Positions 10,747 through 20,271 of a stretch of 64,000 nt of DNA are shown here, piece after piece. A program made the position numbers and the translations under genes. Below the pieces are notes generated by a model. That model was not told the DNA's origin. It saw only the letters and a list, made by a program, of their open reading frames with translations, and did not search any database. Source of the stretch: an uncultured delta proteobacterium (GTDB taxonomy: Bacteria > Desulfobacterota > Syntrophia > Syntrophales > UBA5619); NCBI GenBank assembly GCA_963817385.1, contig CAWFOM010000006.1:192001-256000 (forward strand), written 5' to 3'. Every line of letters begins with the position of its first letter. Position 1 is the first letter of the stretch.

Positions 10747-10772
10747 CGACCTCCCCCGGTCGGGGGAGGTCG
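10747..10772. terminator. GC-rich hairpin between convergent genes
   Basis: Perfect inverted repeat CGACCTCCCCCG-gt-CGGGGGAGGTCG; no U-tract. Confidence 0.55.
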
Positions 10773-10785
10773 GGGTCATGAGGGG

Positions 10786-11061
10786 TTATTCTTCAGCTTT
10801 GGCCGTTGACGGGGGTGTACTCTTCTCCGTTGTTTCGGAGCTCTTGCTCTCTTCCTTTTTCTTCTCGGCCGCCGGGGCCTTCTTTCCGCCGTAGTCCGTT
10901 GCATACCAGCCGCTCCCCTTCAGGTGGAAGGAGGAGAGGGACATCAGTTTGTGCACCGGGCCCCTGCAGAATTTGCAGGACTTCGCCGCGCGGTCCGCAA
11001 TCCCCTGAAACATTTCGAATTCCTTACCGCATTTCTTGCATTTATACTCATAAATTGGCAT
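10786..11061 (-). CDS. FmdB family zinc-ribbon protein
   Basis: MPIYEYKCKKC...CKFC...FHLKGSGWYATDY; GGAGG RBS. Confidence 0.92.
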   Translation of the reverse strand: MPIYEYKCKKCGKEFEMFQGIADRAAKSCKFCRGPVHKLMSLSSFHLKGSGWYATDYGGKKAPAAEKKKEESKSSETTEKSTPPSTAKAEE

Positions 11062-11085
11062 TGAAAAAACCTCCAATATCTTCAT

Positions 11086-11613
11086 TTACTGTATCATATC
11101 GCCGATCTGGTAACGGCTGCTGAAGCAATCCATGACCAGATTCAGATCGGTATCGGTGATCGGCTTGAGCAGGTTCCGGGTGATCCGGTGGACCTTTTCT
11201 TCCTCCCCCGTCTTCTCCTCTTCGGATGCGTCGAAATTCCCTTCGCCCCGATCGAAACGAATCACGTGGACGAGCTCATGCGCCGCAATGTAGAGCAAAA
11301 GCGGCGAGAGCCGGATGAATGAGTGTGCCCGCTCGATTGCATCAAGGATCCGATCATCCTGGAGACAGATCCGATAGAAGTGAATCCCGCCACCCTGCGG
11401 TTCCGGTTCCTTCTCGAACTCATACTTGCAAAGGTGGGCGAAGGCGCCTTCCCGGACCTCGTGCTGATCGAGGTAGGCAAGCGTCTTGACATCGTACCGA
11501 TGCCCCTTCCACTGAGCGGGCTCAAGGCGGAAATACTGTCCCGCCATCTTTTCGGCCTGTCCGAACGACCGACCGGCAAGGGATATCTGCGATGCAGTGA
11601 AATAACGGCCCAT
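11086..11613 (-). CDS. Conserved hypothetical protein with HExxH motif
   Basis: YIAAHELVHVIRF; 175 aa ORF. Confidence 0.7.
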   Translation of the reverse strand: MGRYFTASQISLAGRSFGQAEKMAGQYFRLEPAQWKGHRYDVKTLAYLDQHEVREGAFAHLCKYEFEKEPEPQGGGIHFYRICLQDDRILDAIERAHSFIRLSPLLLYIAAHELVHVIRFDRGEGNFDASEEEKTGEEEKVHRITRNLLKPITDTDLNLVMDCFSSRYQIGDMIQ

Positions 11614-11750
11614 TAACGCACCATCCGTTTCCGTTCATCCTTCTTAAGCACCGCTAATATATGCATAAATTTTTGTGTGTCAACCGTTTTTATCGGCTTC
11701 GTTACCTGGGTATGGGTGTTGTCGTCAGCAGGTATTTGCGGATAGGCTAT

Positions 11751-12827
11751 TTACAGCGGGCCTCGTTTATGGGCGTGAACCTCCAGGGCTGACCGGATGA
11801 TCCGGTCGATGAGGCCCGCCTGGGTGATCCCGGAGGCGGCCGCCTGGTGGAAAAGGACGGTGGAGGGGGTCATCCCGGGGAGGGTGTTGGGCTCGAGGAC
11901 CGCAACCCGTCCGTCCGGCCGCACAAACATGTCGATCCGGGCGTAGCCCTTGAGGTTAAGGGCGCGAAACGTTCCGACCGCCGTCTCCCGGACCTTCTCG
12001 ATCTGTTCGGCCGGAAGCCGGGCCGGCGTCTTGTTCTCCCCCTGGCCGTAGAGGAACTTGTCCTCCAGGGAGAGGACGTCGTCCGTGGGGATCGTCTCCG
12101 AAGGCGTCAGGGCCTCGGGCGTATCCACCCCAAGGACGCCGCAGGTAACCTCCATTCCGGCGAGAAACTCCTCCGCAAGGACCAGGTTGTCCCACGCGAA
12201 GGCGCCCTCCACGGCGCCGGAGAGCCCTTCCGGTGCGACGACCTTCGTGACGGCGGTGCTGCACCCCTCCCGGCAGGGCTTGACGATGCAGGGGAAGCCG
12301 ATCTCGCGGACGATCTGCTGAACGACCGCTTCGGGATTCGCGTCCCACTCCCGCCGGGGGACCGGGATCGTCCGCGGGACGTCAATCCCGCTGATCTCGA
12401 GGATCCGCCGGGAGACGTACTTGTCCATCCCGATCGCGGAGGCCAGGACGCCGGAGCCCGTGTAGGGGACCCCCAGAAGTTCGAGGAGCCCCTGCATGCA
12501 GCCGTCCTCCCCGTATTTCCCATGGAGCCCCAGAAAGGCCACGTCCACCCGGTCCTTCAGGGATTCGTACGGGATGGGGACGGCCTCTGCCCGCAGGTCT
12601 TCCTCGATGTCGCTCGTGGAGTTGCGCATGAGCAGCTTGAGCGGGATCTCCCAGAGGGCCGCCCGTCCGTCCATGAATATCGGAATGGGATCGTACCGGA
12701 GGCGGTCGATCTTGCTGAAGATGTTCCGGCCGCTTTCCAGGGAGACCTCCTTCTCCGAGGAGATGCCTCCCATGATGATCCCGACCCTGAGTTTATGATC
12801 GGTTTTTTCTTTTCCGGGTTCCCCCAT
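11751..12827 (-). CDS. ddl: D-Ala-D-X ligase (Ddl family), atypical active-site residues
   Basis: GGISSEKEVS, LHGKYGEDG, YTGSG, IVKP, ARIDMF, EPNTLPGMT. Confidence 0.85.
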   Translation of the reverse strand: MGEPGKEKTDHKLRVGIIMGGISSEKEVSLESGRNIFSKIDRLRYDPIPIFMDGRAALWEIPLKLLMRNSTSDIEEDLRAEAVPIPYESLKDRVDVAFLGLHGKYGEDGCMQGLLELLGVPYTGSGVLASAIGMDKYVSRRILEISGIDVPRTIPVPRREWDANPEAVVQQIVREIGFPCIVKPCREGCSTAVTKVVAPEGLSGAVEGAFAWDNLVLAEEFLAGMEVTCGVLGVDTPEALTPSETIPTDDVLSLEDKFLYGQGENKTPARLPAEQIEKVRETAVGTFRALNLKGYARIDMFVRPDGRVAVLEPNTLPGMTPSTVLFHQAAASGITQAGLIDRIIRSALEVHAHKRGPL

Positions 12828-12828
12828 G

Positions 12829-13031
12829 TCAGAAACTCACTGTCAGGCCTGCGCAGGGGCCGGTAAATTCTGAATCCGGAAAGGGTTCGTTCTGGTCGAT
12901 GCGCATCCGCGGCACCTTGTACCCGGTGTTGATGTCCAAAAACGGGAAGGGGGTGAACGCAAGATCGGCCATCCCCTCGGAGAGATAGTTGTTGGGATAG
13001 GCGATGCCGGTTGCTTTCACCCGCGCTTTCA
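12829..13031 (-). pseudogene. Probable C-terminal remnant of an outer-membrane beta-barrel gene
   Basis: About 67 aa, no signal peptide; ends ...GYK...D.EFTGPCAGLTVSF, a typical terminal beta-strand with Phe. Confidence 0.35.
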
Positions 13032-13052
13032 TGGGAATCTCCTTCCGGGACA

Positions 13053-13654
13053 TCAGGGTTTTGCCTCCCGGCCGGCGCCCATGGGGGCCACTGGTTCCGG
13101 GCGGTTTGCTGTATACCACCAATAGTCATTATTTTCCAGCGGGTCGTAGCCTTTTATTTCTCCCTCGGACACGATCAGGGGCGAAAACCTGACCTCGTCG
13201 GCTTCATGCTGGAGCCGGTCGAAGGCCATGATCGATCCGAGAACGGCGCCGTGCTTCGCAATCGCCAGCAGGGCGTAATTCGAGCAGGAGGGATAATATG
13301 TGCAGCGCCGGCCCCAGGAGGGGCCGAGGAAACGCTGATAGAAAAGGACGGGCGCTGCAGCGATTCTTTCCAGGATACCGGTTCTTGCGGCCGCCGTTCC
13401 GTTTCCGTGTGCTGCCGGGCAATCTTCCGGGGCCCCCGGAGGAGAACCTCGTCCGCAAAGACCGTCTGCGCCCAGAGAAACGAGGCTATGAGAAGCGCGC
13501 CGCAAATGCGGTGCGCCGTCGAAGAACCCCTGCATGTTCCTCCCTGCTCCTTGCGGGAGGGGGTTCGGGGGAGGGGCGGCGGCCGGAACTCCCGCCGGCC
13601 GGGGTTCTCCCGGCGATAGCGGAAGATGTTGCCACTGAAGGGGTAGATGTTCAT
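13053..13654 (-). CDS. YidD-like (membrane protein insertion efficiency factor domain) protein with signal peptide; apparent frameshift near 13375-13390
   Basis: YQRFLGP..GRRCTYYPSCSNYA..AI.KHG...G..M..DRL in one frame; hydrophobic signal (ICGALLIASFLWAQTVFA) in another frame from ATG 13654. Confidence 0.7.
13541..13577 (-). repeat. REP-like palindromic element (CCCCTCCCCCGAACCCCCTCCCGCAAGGAGCAGGG) inside the 5' end of the YidD-like ORF
   Basis: C-rich/G-rich palindrome with GCAA loop; single copy in the window. Confidence 0.4.
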
Positions 13655-13668
13655 GGTTATGCTCTTTC

Positions 13669-14605
13669 TCAAAAGGGGTACGTGAACATGACGGAAACGC
13701 CGCGAGGCCGGCTGATCTCGCTCTCCCGGAGGTTCAGCCTCTGGAGGCCGTTCCGGAACTGATCCTCGTCGATTTTGAGGTTAACCTTGTGGGCGCCGCC
13801 CACCGCTCCGTAGATGCCGCCTGCGTACCAGCCGATCTCGAAGAGGGCCAGGACGCCTCCCAGGGCGTAATTATCCGAGTCGAAAGCCTTCCAGGCGCCG
13901 AGGAGGAACAGGGCGTTCAGGAGGAATGAATAGGTTCCGTCCTGGTACCGCCCATTGTAGAACTGGCCGCTTCCCGGCAGGATGGCCGAGAGGAGCCCGG
14001 CGGTCTCGGGCGATTTGTAGCGGGCGCTCTTTTTTCTCGGCGAGGAGCTCCTCGATGAGACCGGCCTCCGGTTCGATTTCCGGCCGGACCATCCGGTCCT
14101 TCAGGAGCCGCTCCGCCTCGTCGAAGCGGTTCTGGCGGATGAGCAGCAGGATCTCCCATCGTGCGGCCTCGCTCTTCTTCTCCCGGCTGGTGCTGCTCAG
14201 GATGAGTTGAAAGAGGCGTTCCGCCTCCGAGGTGGTTCCCTGCTTCAGCAGGGCGATCGCCTTGGTGAAGGTCACCGTGTTTGCCCGGGACGATTCCGGA
14301 AATTGCAGGAGAAATTGGTCGTAGGCGGCAATCGCGTCGGCCCATTCATGTGCAAGAAGGTAGGCGTCGCCGATCAGCTTAGCCATCTCTTCGGCCTGCG
14401 GCCGTCCGGGAAAGAGGGAGAGGTAGCGCTTGGCCTCGGTTATCGCCCGGTAATACTCACCGGCGATGAAAAGATCGCTGCTGAACTGCAGGATCTCCTT
14501 CTCCCGGAGGTCGTAGTACTGCGCCGCGAAGTCGTCGGCGGCAAAACCACGCCCGGGCGACAGCAGGAGCAGGATCAGAACGAAGGCGATATGAACAGGT
14601 TTCAC
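13669..14605 (-). CDS. TPR (BamD-like) protein with C-terminal TM2-like membrane segment; +1 frameshift in A-run at 14030-14035
   Basis: Signal peptide and TPR repeats; removing one A gives ...EKKSARYKSPETAGLLSAILPGSGQFYNGRYQDG... open to TGA at 13669-13671. Confidence 0.8.
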
Positions 14606-14780
14606 TCTCAGACTCGCTTGAAAAAATATTAAATAGGATCCGCACTCCGCGTATCTTTACCTTGAAGGTGGATAAAAATCAATATCATCTTGGGGAAGGG
14701 AACGGCGATTCCCCGGACGGTGCCGCGAAGCGCTTCAATTTAATAGCGCCGGAGACAATTTTGCGATATAGGGGAAAGCC

Positions 14781-16130
14781 ATGAAGGTGCTGCTCATCTC
14801 CGCCAACACGACCAACGCCCCGCATTCGGTCTACCCGCTGGGTCTCGACTATGTCGCGGGGGCCCTGACGCCCCGGCATGAGGTCCGGATCCTGGACATG
14901 AATCGGACCGCGGCGCCGGAGCAACTGGAGGCGGCCCTCCGGGAAGGCGCCCCGGAGGTGGTCGGCATCTCCATCCGGAACATCGATAATGTGGATACCC
15001 TGGCCACGAAAAGCTTCATCCCGGGATACGAGCGGATCGTCCGGCTCGTCAGGGATCGCACCGCCGCCCCGATCATCCTGGGCGGTAGCGGTTTCTCCAT
15101 TTTCCCCGGGGAATTGATGTCGCTGCTCGGCGCCGATTTCGGCGTCGTCGGGGCGGGGGAAGCAATCGCCCTCCTCCTCGATGCCCTCGAACGGGGGGCG
15201 AATCCCTCCGCGCTGCCCGGAATCGTGATCAAGGGAGGTCCCGTCGGAGCTCCCGTACCCTGGCCGGGGGCCGTCACGCGGCGGGCCTGCCCGGATAATG
15301 CACATCTTAGTTTCTACCTTGAGCGGGGGGGCATCCTGAACCTGCAGACGAAACGGGGATGTCCGTTTTGCTGTCTCTATTGCACCTATCCCCATATCGA
15401 GGGCCGGCGGTTGCGGCTCGTCCCCCCCGATGAGGTCGCCCGCGAGGCCCGTGAGCTTCAGGAGCTGGGCGCCCGGTACCTCTTCATCACCGATTCCGCG
15501 TTCAATGCCGATGCTGACCACAGTCTTGCCGTTGCCAGGGCCTTTCGCCGCCACGGTCTGACGATCCCCTGGGGGGCGTTTTTCGCCCCGACGCACCCCC
15601 CCGACGGCTTTTACGGCATCCTGGCCGAGGCCGGGTTGACCCATGCCGAGTTCGGGACGGAATCGCTTTGCGATCCCCAGTTGAAGCGGTACGGGAAACC
15701 GTTCGGTGCGGCGGATGTCTTCGCCGCCCACGAAAATGCCCGCAGGGCGGGGGTGCACATCGCCCACTACCTCCTGCTGGGTGGGCCCGGAGAGGACGTC
15801 CGGACGGTGGATGAAACACTGGAACGTGCGGAAGAATTGGAGAAAGCGGTGTTTTTCGCTTTCTGCGGCATCCGGATCTTTCCCCATGCCCCGCTCTACG
15901 ATATCGCCGTGGCTGAGGGGCAGATCACGCGCGATCAGGACCTCCTGTCGCCGGTTTTCTATCGTTCCAAAGGGATCGGGTCGGAGGAGATCATCGCCCG
16001 GGTTAAACAGCAGGCGCGCGGCCGGATGAACTGGGTTTACGGCGACGGCGGCGAAAAGGCGGAACGGATCGTGACCAGGATGCATGCCCATGGTCGTCCG
16101 GGTCCCTTGTGGGAGCTGCTTCTTCGATGA
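14781..16130 (+). CDS. B12-binding radical SAM protein, lipid-biosynthesis type (TIGR04072-like)
   Basis: MKVLLISAN...VYPLGLDYV, GISIRNIDN, TKRGCPFCCLYCTYP (CxxxCxxC). Confidence 0.88.
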   Translation: MKVLLISANTTNAPHSVYPLGLDYVAGALTPRHEVRILDMNRTAAPEQLEAALREGAPEVVGISIRNIDNVDTLATKSFIPGYERIVRLVRDRTAAPIILGGSGFSIFPGELMSLLGADFGVVGAGEAIALLLDALERGANPSALPGIVIKGGPVGAPVPWPGAVTRRACPDNAHLSFYLERGGILNLQTKRGCPFCCLYCTYPHIEGRRLRLVPPDEVAREARELQELGARYLFITDSAFNADADHSLAVARAFRRHGLTIPWGAFFAPTHPPDGFYGILAEAGLTHAEFGTESLCDPQLKRYGKPFGAADVFAAHENARRAGVHIAHYLLLGGPGEDVRTVDETLERAEELEKAVFFAFCGIRIFPHAPLYDIAVAEGQITRDQDLLSPVFYRSKGIGSEEIIARVKQQARGRMNWVYGDGGEKAERIVTRMHAHGRPGPLWELLLR

Positions 16131-16963
16131 ACCGCGGATCCGCCCCCAGGAAGGCCCTTACGCCGGCGCATATCGCGGGGATTGCGGCATTTGCCATTTC
16201 CGGCGGGCTGCTCTTTATCCGGCCGGATCTGGCCGCCGTACCCCTCGGGCTGTTTCTCCTCCTCTGCCTTGTGGCTCCCTTCCTTCCGGGGGCGGGTTTC
16301 TTCCTGCCGGTGATCAGCCGGGGCGGGAGGTACGGCAAAGCGGTGGCCCTGACCTTCGACGACGGCCCCGATCCCGAAGTGACCCCTTTGCTGCTCGATC
16401 TTCTCGGGCGGTATCGGCTGACGGCAGCCTTCTTCATCACCGGACAAAATACGGAGCGGTACCCAGAGCTGGTCCGGGAGATCCTCCAAAGGGGCCACGA
16501 CGTCGGCAACCACTCCACCCATCACGATCCCTTGCTGATGCTGCGTTCCCGTGCGAAGTTGGCCGACGAGATCGCCCGCACCCAGGACCTGCTGGCCCGT
16601 TTCGGCATCCGGCCTCTCGCCTTTCGCCCGCCCGTGGGCGTCACCAACCCCCGGTTGGCCGGGGTCCTGAGGGACCTCGGCATGGAGTGCGTCACCTTCA
16701 GCTGCCGGGCCTGCGACTTCGGGAATCGGAGGATCGGGGGGCTGGCGGGGAAAATCCTGCGGAAGGTCCGTCCCGGCGCGATCATCCTTCTCCATGACGT
16801 CGCCCCGCCGGGTGGCGGCAGGATCGCCGAGTGGCTCGCGGGGGTGGAGAAGATCATCCGGGAACTCCGGGCGGGAGGGTATGCAATCGTGCCGTTGTCC
16901 GAGCTGATCGGAAGAGCGGTGATGGAACGGCTGCCGGCGTCTTCGCCCCGTGATTTTTCTTGA
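16127..16963 (+). CDS. Polysaccharide deacetylase (NodB/CE4) with N-terminal TM helices
   Basis: ALTFDDGP, GNHSTHH, FRPPVG, ILLHD; ATGA overlap with upstream gene. Confidence 0.92.
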   Translation: MNRGSAPRKALTPAHIAGIAAFAISGGLLFIRPDLAAVPLGLFLLLCLVAPFLPGAGFFLPVISRGGRYGKAVALTFDDGPDPEVTPLLLDLLGRYRLTAAFFITGQNTERYPELVREILQRGHDVGNHSTHHDPLLMLRSRAKLADEIARTQDLLARFGIRPLAFRPPVGVTNPRLAGVLRDLGMECVTFSCRACDFGNRRIGGLAGKILRKVRPGAIILLHDVAPPGGGRIAEWLAGVEKIIRELRAGGYAIVPLSELIGRAVMERLPASSPRDFS

Positions 16964-17127
16964 CACCCGCCACGGGTGACGCTACTGAAAAACGAAAGGG
17001 ATTTTTCAGCTTCATGGACGGAGCCGCCGGGCAGGTGATGAGAAACGGCGGATGGGCGCCGAAAAAGATGCAGGCGTCCGGAATCGGGTTGATATTGACC
17101 GGTACGTCGGGAGATCCGGGAGGGAAG

Positions 17128-17508
17128 ATGGAGAAGTCATTCCGGCAGGAGCTATCACAACTCACGGGCACGACGGAGAGGGTGACGGCCTCGGCCGTCG
17201 TTCCCAGAGATTCGGCCTGGTATGCCGGCCATTTCCCAGGCAAGCCGATCCTTCCGGGAATAGCGATCCTTGACCTGGTCAAAGAGGCGATCATCACCTC
17301 GGAGCTTCGGGAGGGGCGGCGCGTGCTGATCACCGGCCTGGGCAGAGTCCGTTTCCGTCTGCCCGTCAAGCCCGATGACCTGATGACGTTGGAAATAGCG
17401 CGGGAGAAAAAGCGCGACGGAATGGCATATCTCTTTTCCGTCAAGCTGGCCGGAGAGGCGGCCTGTACCGGGGCCTTCATGGGGCGGCTGGCGGAAGGCC
17501 CCGGATAA
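17128..17508 (+). CDS. FabZ/ApeI-like hotdog dehydratase
   Basis: WYAGHFPGKPILPG, RVRFRLPVKP; GGAGGG RBS. Confidence 0.85.
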   Translation: MEKSFRQELSQLTGTTERVTASAVVPRDSAWYAGHFPGKPILPGIAILDLVKEAIITSELREGRRVLITGLGRVRFRLPVKPDDLMTLEIAREKKRDGMAYLFSVKLAGEAACTGAFMGRLAEGPG

Positions 17509-17725
17509 CAAACTTCTTGACAAACATCATAGTTTTTAGCAAAAGGATAAAACTTTATCATCCCTTAGTTGTAAGTGGATGAATCCACGGGTGGGAGCAG
17601 TCCCCCCGGCCTGCTGCGGGGCAGCGAGTAAAACGGGGACAGGGTTGTTCGTCGTATGGATTCGGGATTCTCCGCAGCTGGCTGCGGAGGGCTTCGCTAT
17701 TGCGTGAACGTTGGGAGGGTGTATC

Positions 17726-18004
17726 ATGCCGGAGAGCAAAGAGGCCCGGGAACTGGTCCTCCGGATAGCCGAGATTATCATCGGGGAGCTGAAACTGGAA
17801 GAGATCACGCCGGAGACGTTCGATCCCGATATGGATCTTGTGGATGAACTCGGGGTGGACAGCATGGATCTGGCGACCGTGGCACTGGTCCTGCAGGACG
17901 AATACGGCGTCTTCATCGATGAGGACGACTATCCGACCTTGAAGACCGTCCGGCTGATTGCCGAATACCTGCGCTCTAAATTGGCTGCAGGGAAAAATGC
18001 CTAG
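17726..18004 (+). CDS. Acyl carrier protein 1
   Basis: Acidic; ELGVDSMDL phosphopantetheine site. Confidence 0.92.
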   Translation: MPESKEARELVLRIAEIIIGELKLEEITPETFDPDMDLVDELGVDSMDLATVALVLQDEYGVFIDEDDYPTLKTVRLIAEYLRSKLAAGKNA

Positions 18005-18079
18005 GAATACCCGACAGTTTTGGCCGGCGAGGCCGCGGGCGGGAATCGGGATTTCGGGAGAGGGTGCGCGCGGGGTGGT

Positions 18080-19240
18080 ATGGGGCCTGCAACGATAGTG
18101 GATTCGGAAGCCGGATGGCAGGGCGGACTTACCGATGAAGACGCTTCGCGATGGGAGGCGGGTGCGGAGGATTGCCCGGCCCCCCGCCGGTGGAAATTTT
18201 CCGAACTCCTGGAGGAGCCTGCCGTCAAAGCGCGCTGGGAGAAGGTCCGCCGCTACTTCTTCCTCCGGGAGTCCACGTACGACATGACGAACCGCTGCAA
18301 CATCCGTTGCGACGGCTGCTACTATTATGAAGGGGCGAAACAGTTCACCCGCGAAAACGGCGATTCCGAGGCCTGGGGTGAACTGATGCGCCAGGAAAAG
18401 GCGCGCGGCATCACCTATGTCGTTCTCGCCGGGGCGGAACCCTCCCTCGTTCCGGAACTCCTCGCCGTCTGTTTCGCCGAGATGCCGCTGGGCTGCATCG
18501 CGACCAACGGTGTCCGCCGCATCGATCCCGCCGTCAACTACCGGATTCACATCTCCGTCTGGGGGAATGACGCGACCAGCTTCCGGGTCCGCAGGGCGCG
18601 GGGCCTGCTCGACCGTCAGATAGACAACTACCGCGGCGACCCCCGGGCCGTCTTCGTCTACACCTTTACGCGGGAAAACGTTGACGAGGCATCGGAAGTC
18701 ATCCGCATCCTGGCGGCCGCGGACTGTCGAGTCACCTTCAACATGTTTTCCGCGCCGGTCGGTTACGCGGGAGAGCTGCGTCACGATGCAGCCTCGCTTG
18801 TCCGGACGCGGGAGGTCATGCGGGAGCTGATGGCGAGCCATCCCCGGCATCTCCTTTTTTCCCCCTACAACGCCGTCGCCCACACCCACGCGCAGGGGCT
18901 CCATGCACTCTTCAACTGCCCGTATCCCCGGCGGAATGCCTCCACCGCGATCGGGCTGGGCCGCTCCTTCCGCCAGTTCAGGACCGACCTCACCTGGAAT
19001 CGCGAAGTGGCCTGCTGCGTGCCCGACACGGATTGCGACGATTGCCGGCATTACGCGGCAGGGAGCGCCGTGGTTACCGCCCGGCTGTACCGGCACGTGA
19101 CGAACCCGCTCTCCTTCAAGGCCTGGCTGGACTATGTCGACACCTACCTGGCCGTCTGGATCATGGGATATGAAAAAGGGGACAACCTCTGTCCGATGAT
19201 GATCGCTCCGCCGGGGTGTAAAGAGATAAGGACTCCATAG
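18080..19240 (+). CDS. Radical SAM protein (pair member a); start uncertain
   Basis: YDMTNRCNIRCDGCYY, GAEP, ATNG; C-terminal CCVPDTDCDDC. Confidence 0.88.
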   Translation: MGPATIVDSEAGWQGGLTDEDASRWEAGAEDCPAPRRWKFSELLEEPAVKARWEKVRRYFFLRESTYDMTNRCNIRCDGCYYYEGAKQFTRENGDSEAWGELMRQEKARGITYVVLAGAEPSLVPELLAVCFAEMPLGCIATNGVRRIDPAVNYRIHISVWGNDATSFRVRRARGLLDRQIDNYRGDPRAVFVYTFTRENVDEASEVIRILAAADCRVTFNMFSAPVGYAGELRHDAASLVRTREVMRELMASHPRHLLFSPYNAVAHTHAQGLHALFNCPYPRRNASTAIGLGRSFRQFRTDLTWNREVACCVPDTDCDDCRHYAAGSAVVTARLYRHVTNPLSFKAWLDYVDTYLAVWIMGYEKGDNLCPMMIAPPGCKEIRTP

Positions 19241-19242
19241 AG

Positions 19243-20241
19243 ATGCAGACCGTCAGCGGGCTTTTGAACGGGGAGTGGTACGAACGGTACAAGGCGATCT
19301 CCCGCCTGAATATGCGCAGCTCCATCTACGATGTGACGAATCGCTGCAACCTGCGCTGCAAGGGGTGTTTTTTCTTCTCATCAGACGAGCACACGGCGGC
19401 CCCCGAAGAGACGGACATCGCCCGCTGGGAGGCCTTCGTGGAGCGGGAACAGGCGCGGGGGGTCAATCTGGCCATCCTCATCGGGGGCGAACCGACCCTC
19501 CATCTCGACCGTGTCGAGGCCTTCAACCGGCGCCTCCCCACGTATTGCGCCACCAACGGCCTGATCAAGGTGCCCCGGGAGCGGTTTCCCGGCATGATGG
19601 TGGGGATCTCGCTCTGGGGGGATGAAGAGGACGAAAAGCTCCTCCGGGGGAAGGATACCTTTGCCGTCTCCAGCCGGAATTACGCCGGCGATCCCTACAC
19701 CTACTATCTCTACACCATCACCCCCCGGCAGCTCGGGCGGACCGAGCGGGTGATCAAGCGGATCGACGACACCGGCCTCAAGGTCCACATGCAGCTCCTG
19801 TCGAACGATGAGGGGGTGGAGGGCTTTTCCTGGACACCTTCCCAGTTGGCCGATATCCGCGCCGAGATGGACGCCATGCTCGAGCGGTACCCCCGTACCG
19901 TCATCTCCTGCAAGTATTACCACGAGATCATCACCACCGGCCGGATGCTCGGGCGGCCGTTCGGGTGGAACGAATGTCCCTCTGTGACGGAAACCCTCGA
20001 CGACCGCTCCCCCCGCCCGAAGCGGCTCATCCGGTTCATCCGCTGGGCGGCCGATCTCAAGACGATGCACCGCTGCTGCACGTCGGCGACCCGGGACTGC
20101 CGGACCTGCAAGGACGGCGCCGCCCACATGAGCTGGGTGATGGTCAACAAGCGGGACCACCTGCGTTCCGCGAAGGATCTCCAGAACTGGATCGAGGTGT
20201 ACGAGATGTTCGCCAAGCTTTACAAGTTCCTTCCCTGGTGA
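19243..20241 (+). CDS. Radical SAM protein (pair member b)
   Basis: YDVTNRCNLRCKGCFF, GGEP, ATNG; C-terminal CCTSATRDCRTC. Confidence 0.9.
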   Translation: MQTVSGLLNGEWYERYKAISRLNMRSSIYDVTNRCNLRCKGCFFFSSDEHTAAPEETDIARWEAFVEREQARGVNLAILIGGEPTLHLDRVEAFNRRLPTYCATNGLIKVPRERFPGMMVGISLWGDEEDEKLLRGKDTFAVSSRNYAGDPYTYYLYTITPRQLGRTERVIKRIDDTGLKVHMQLLSNDEGVEGFSWTPSQLADIRAEMDAMLERYPRTVISCKYYHEIITTGRMLGRPFGWNECPSVTETLDDRSPRPKRLIRFIRWAADLKTMHRCCTSATRDCRTCKDGAAHMSWVMVNKRDHLRSAKDLQNWIEVYEMFAKLYKFLPW

Positions 20242-20271
20242 GGAAACCCCCTTTTCGACGGTGTGCGCAAC

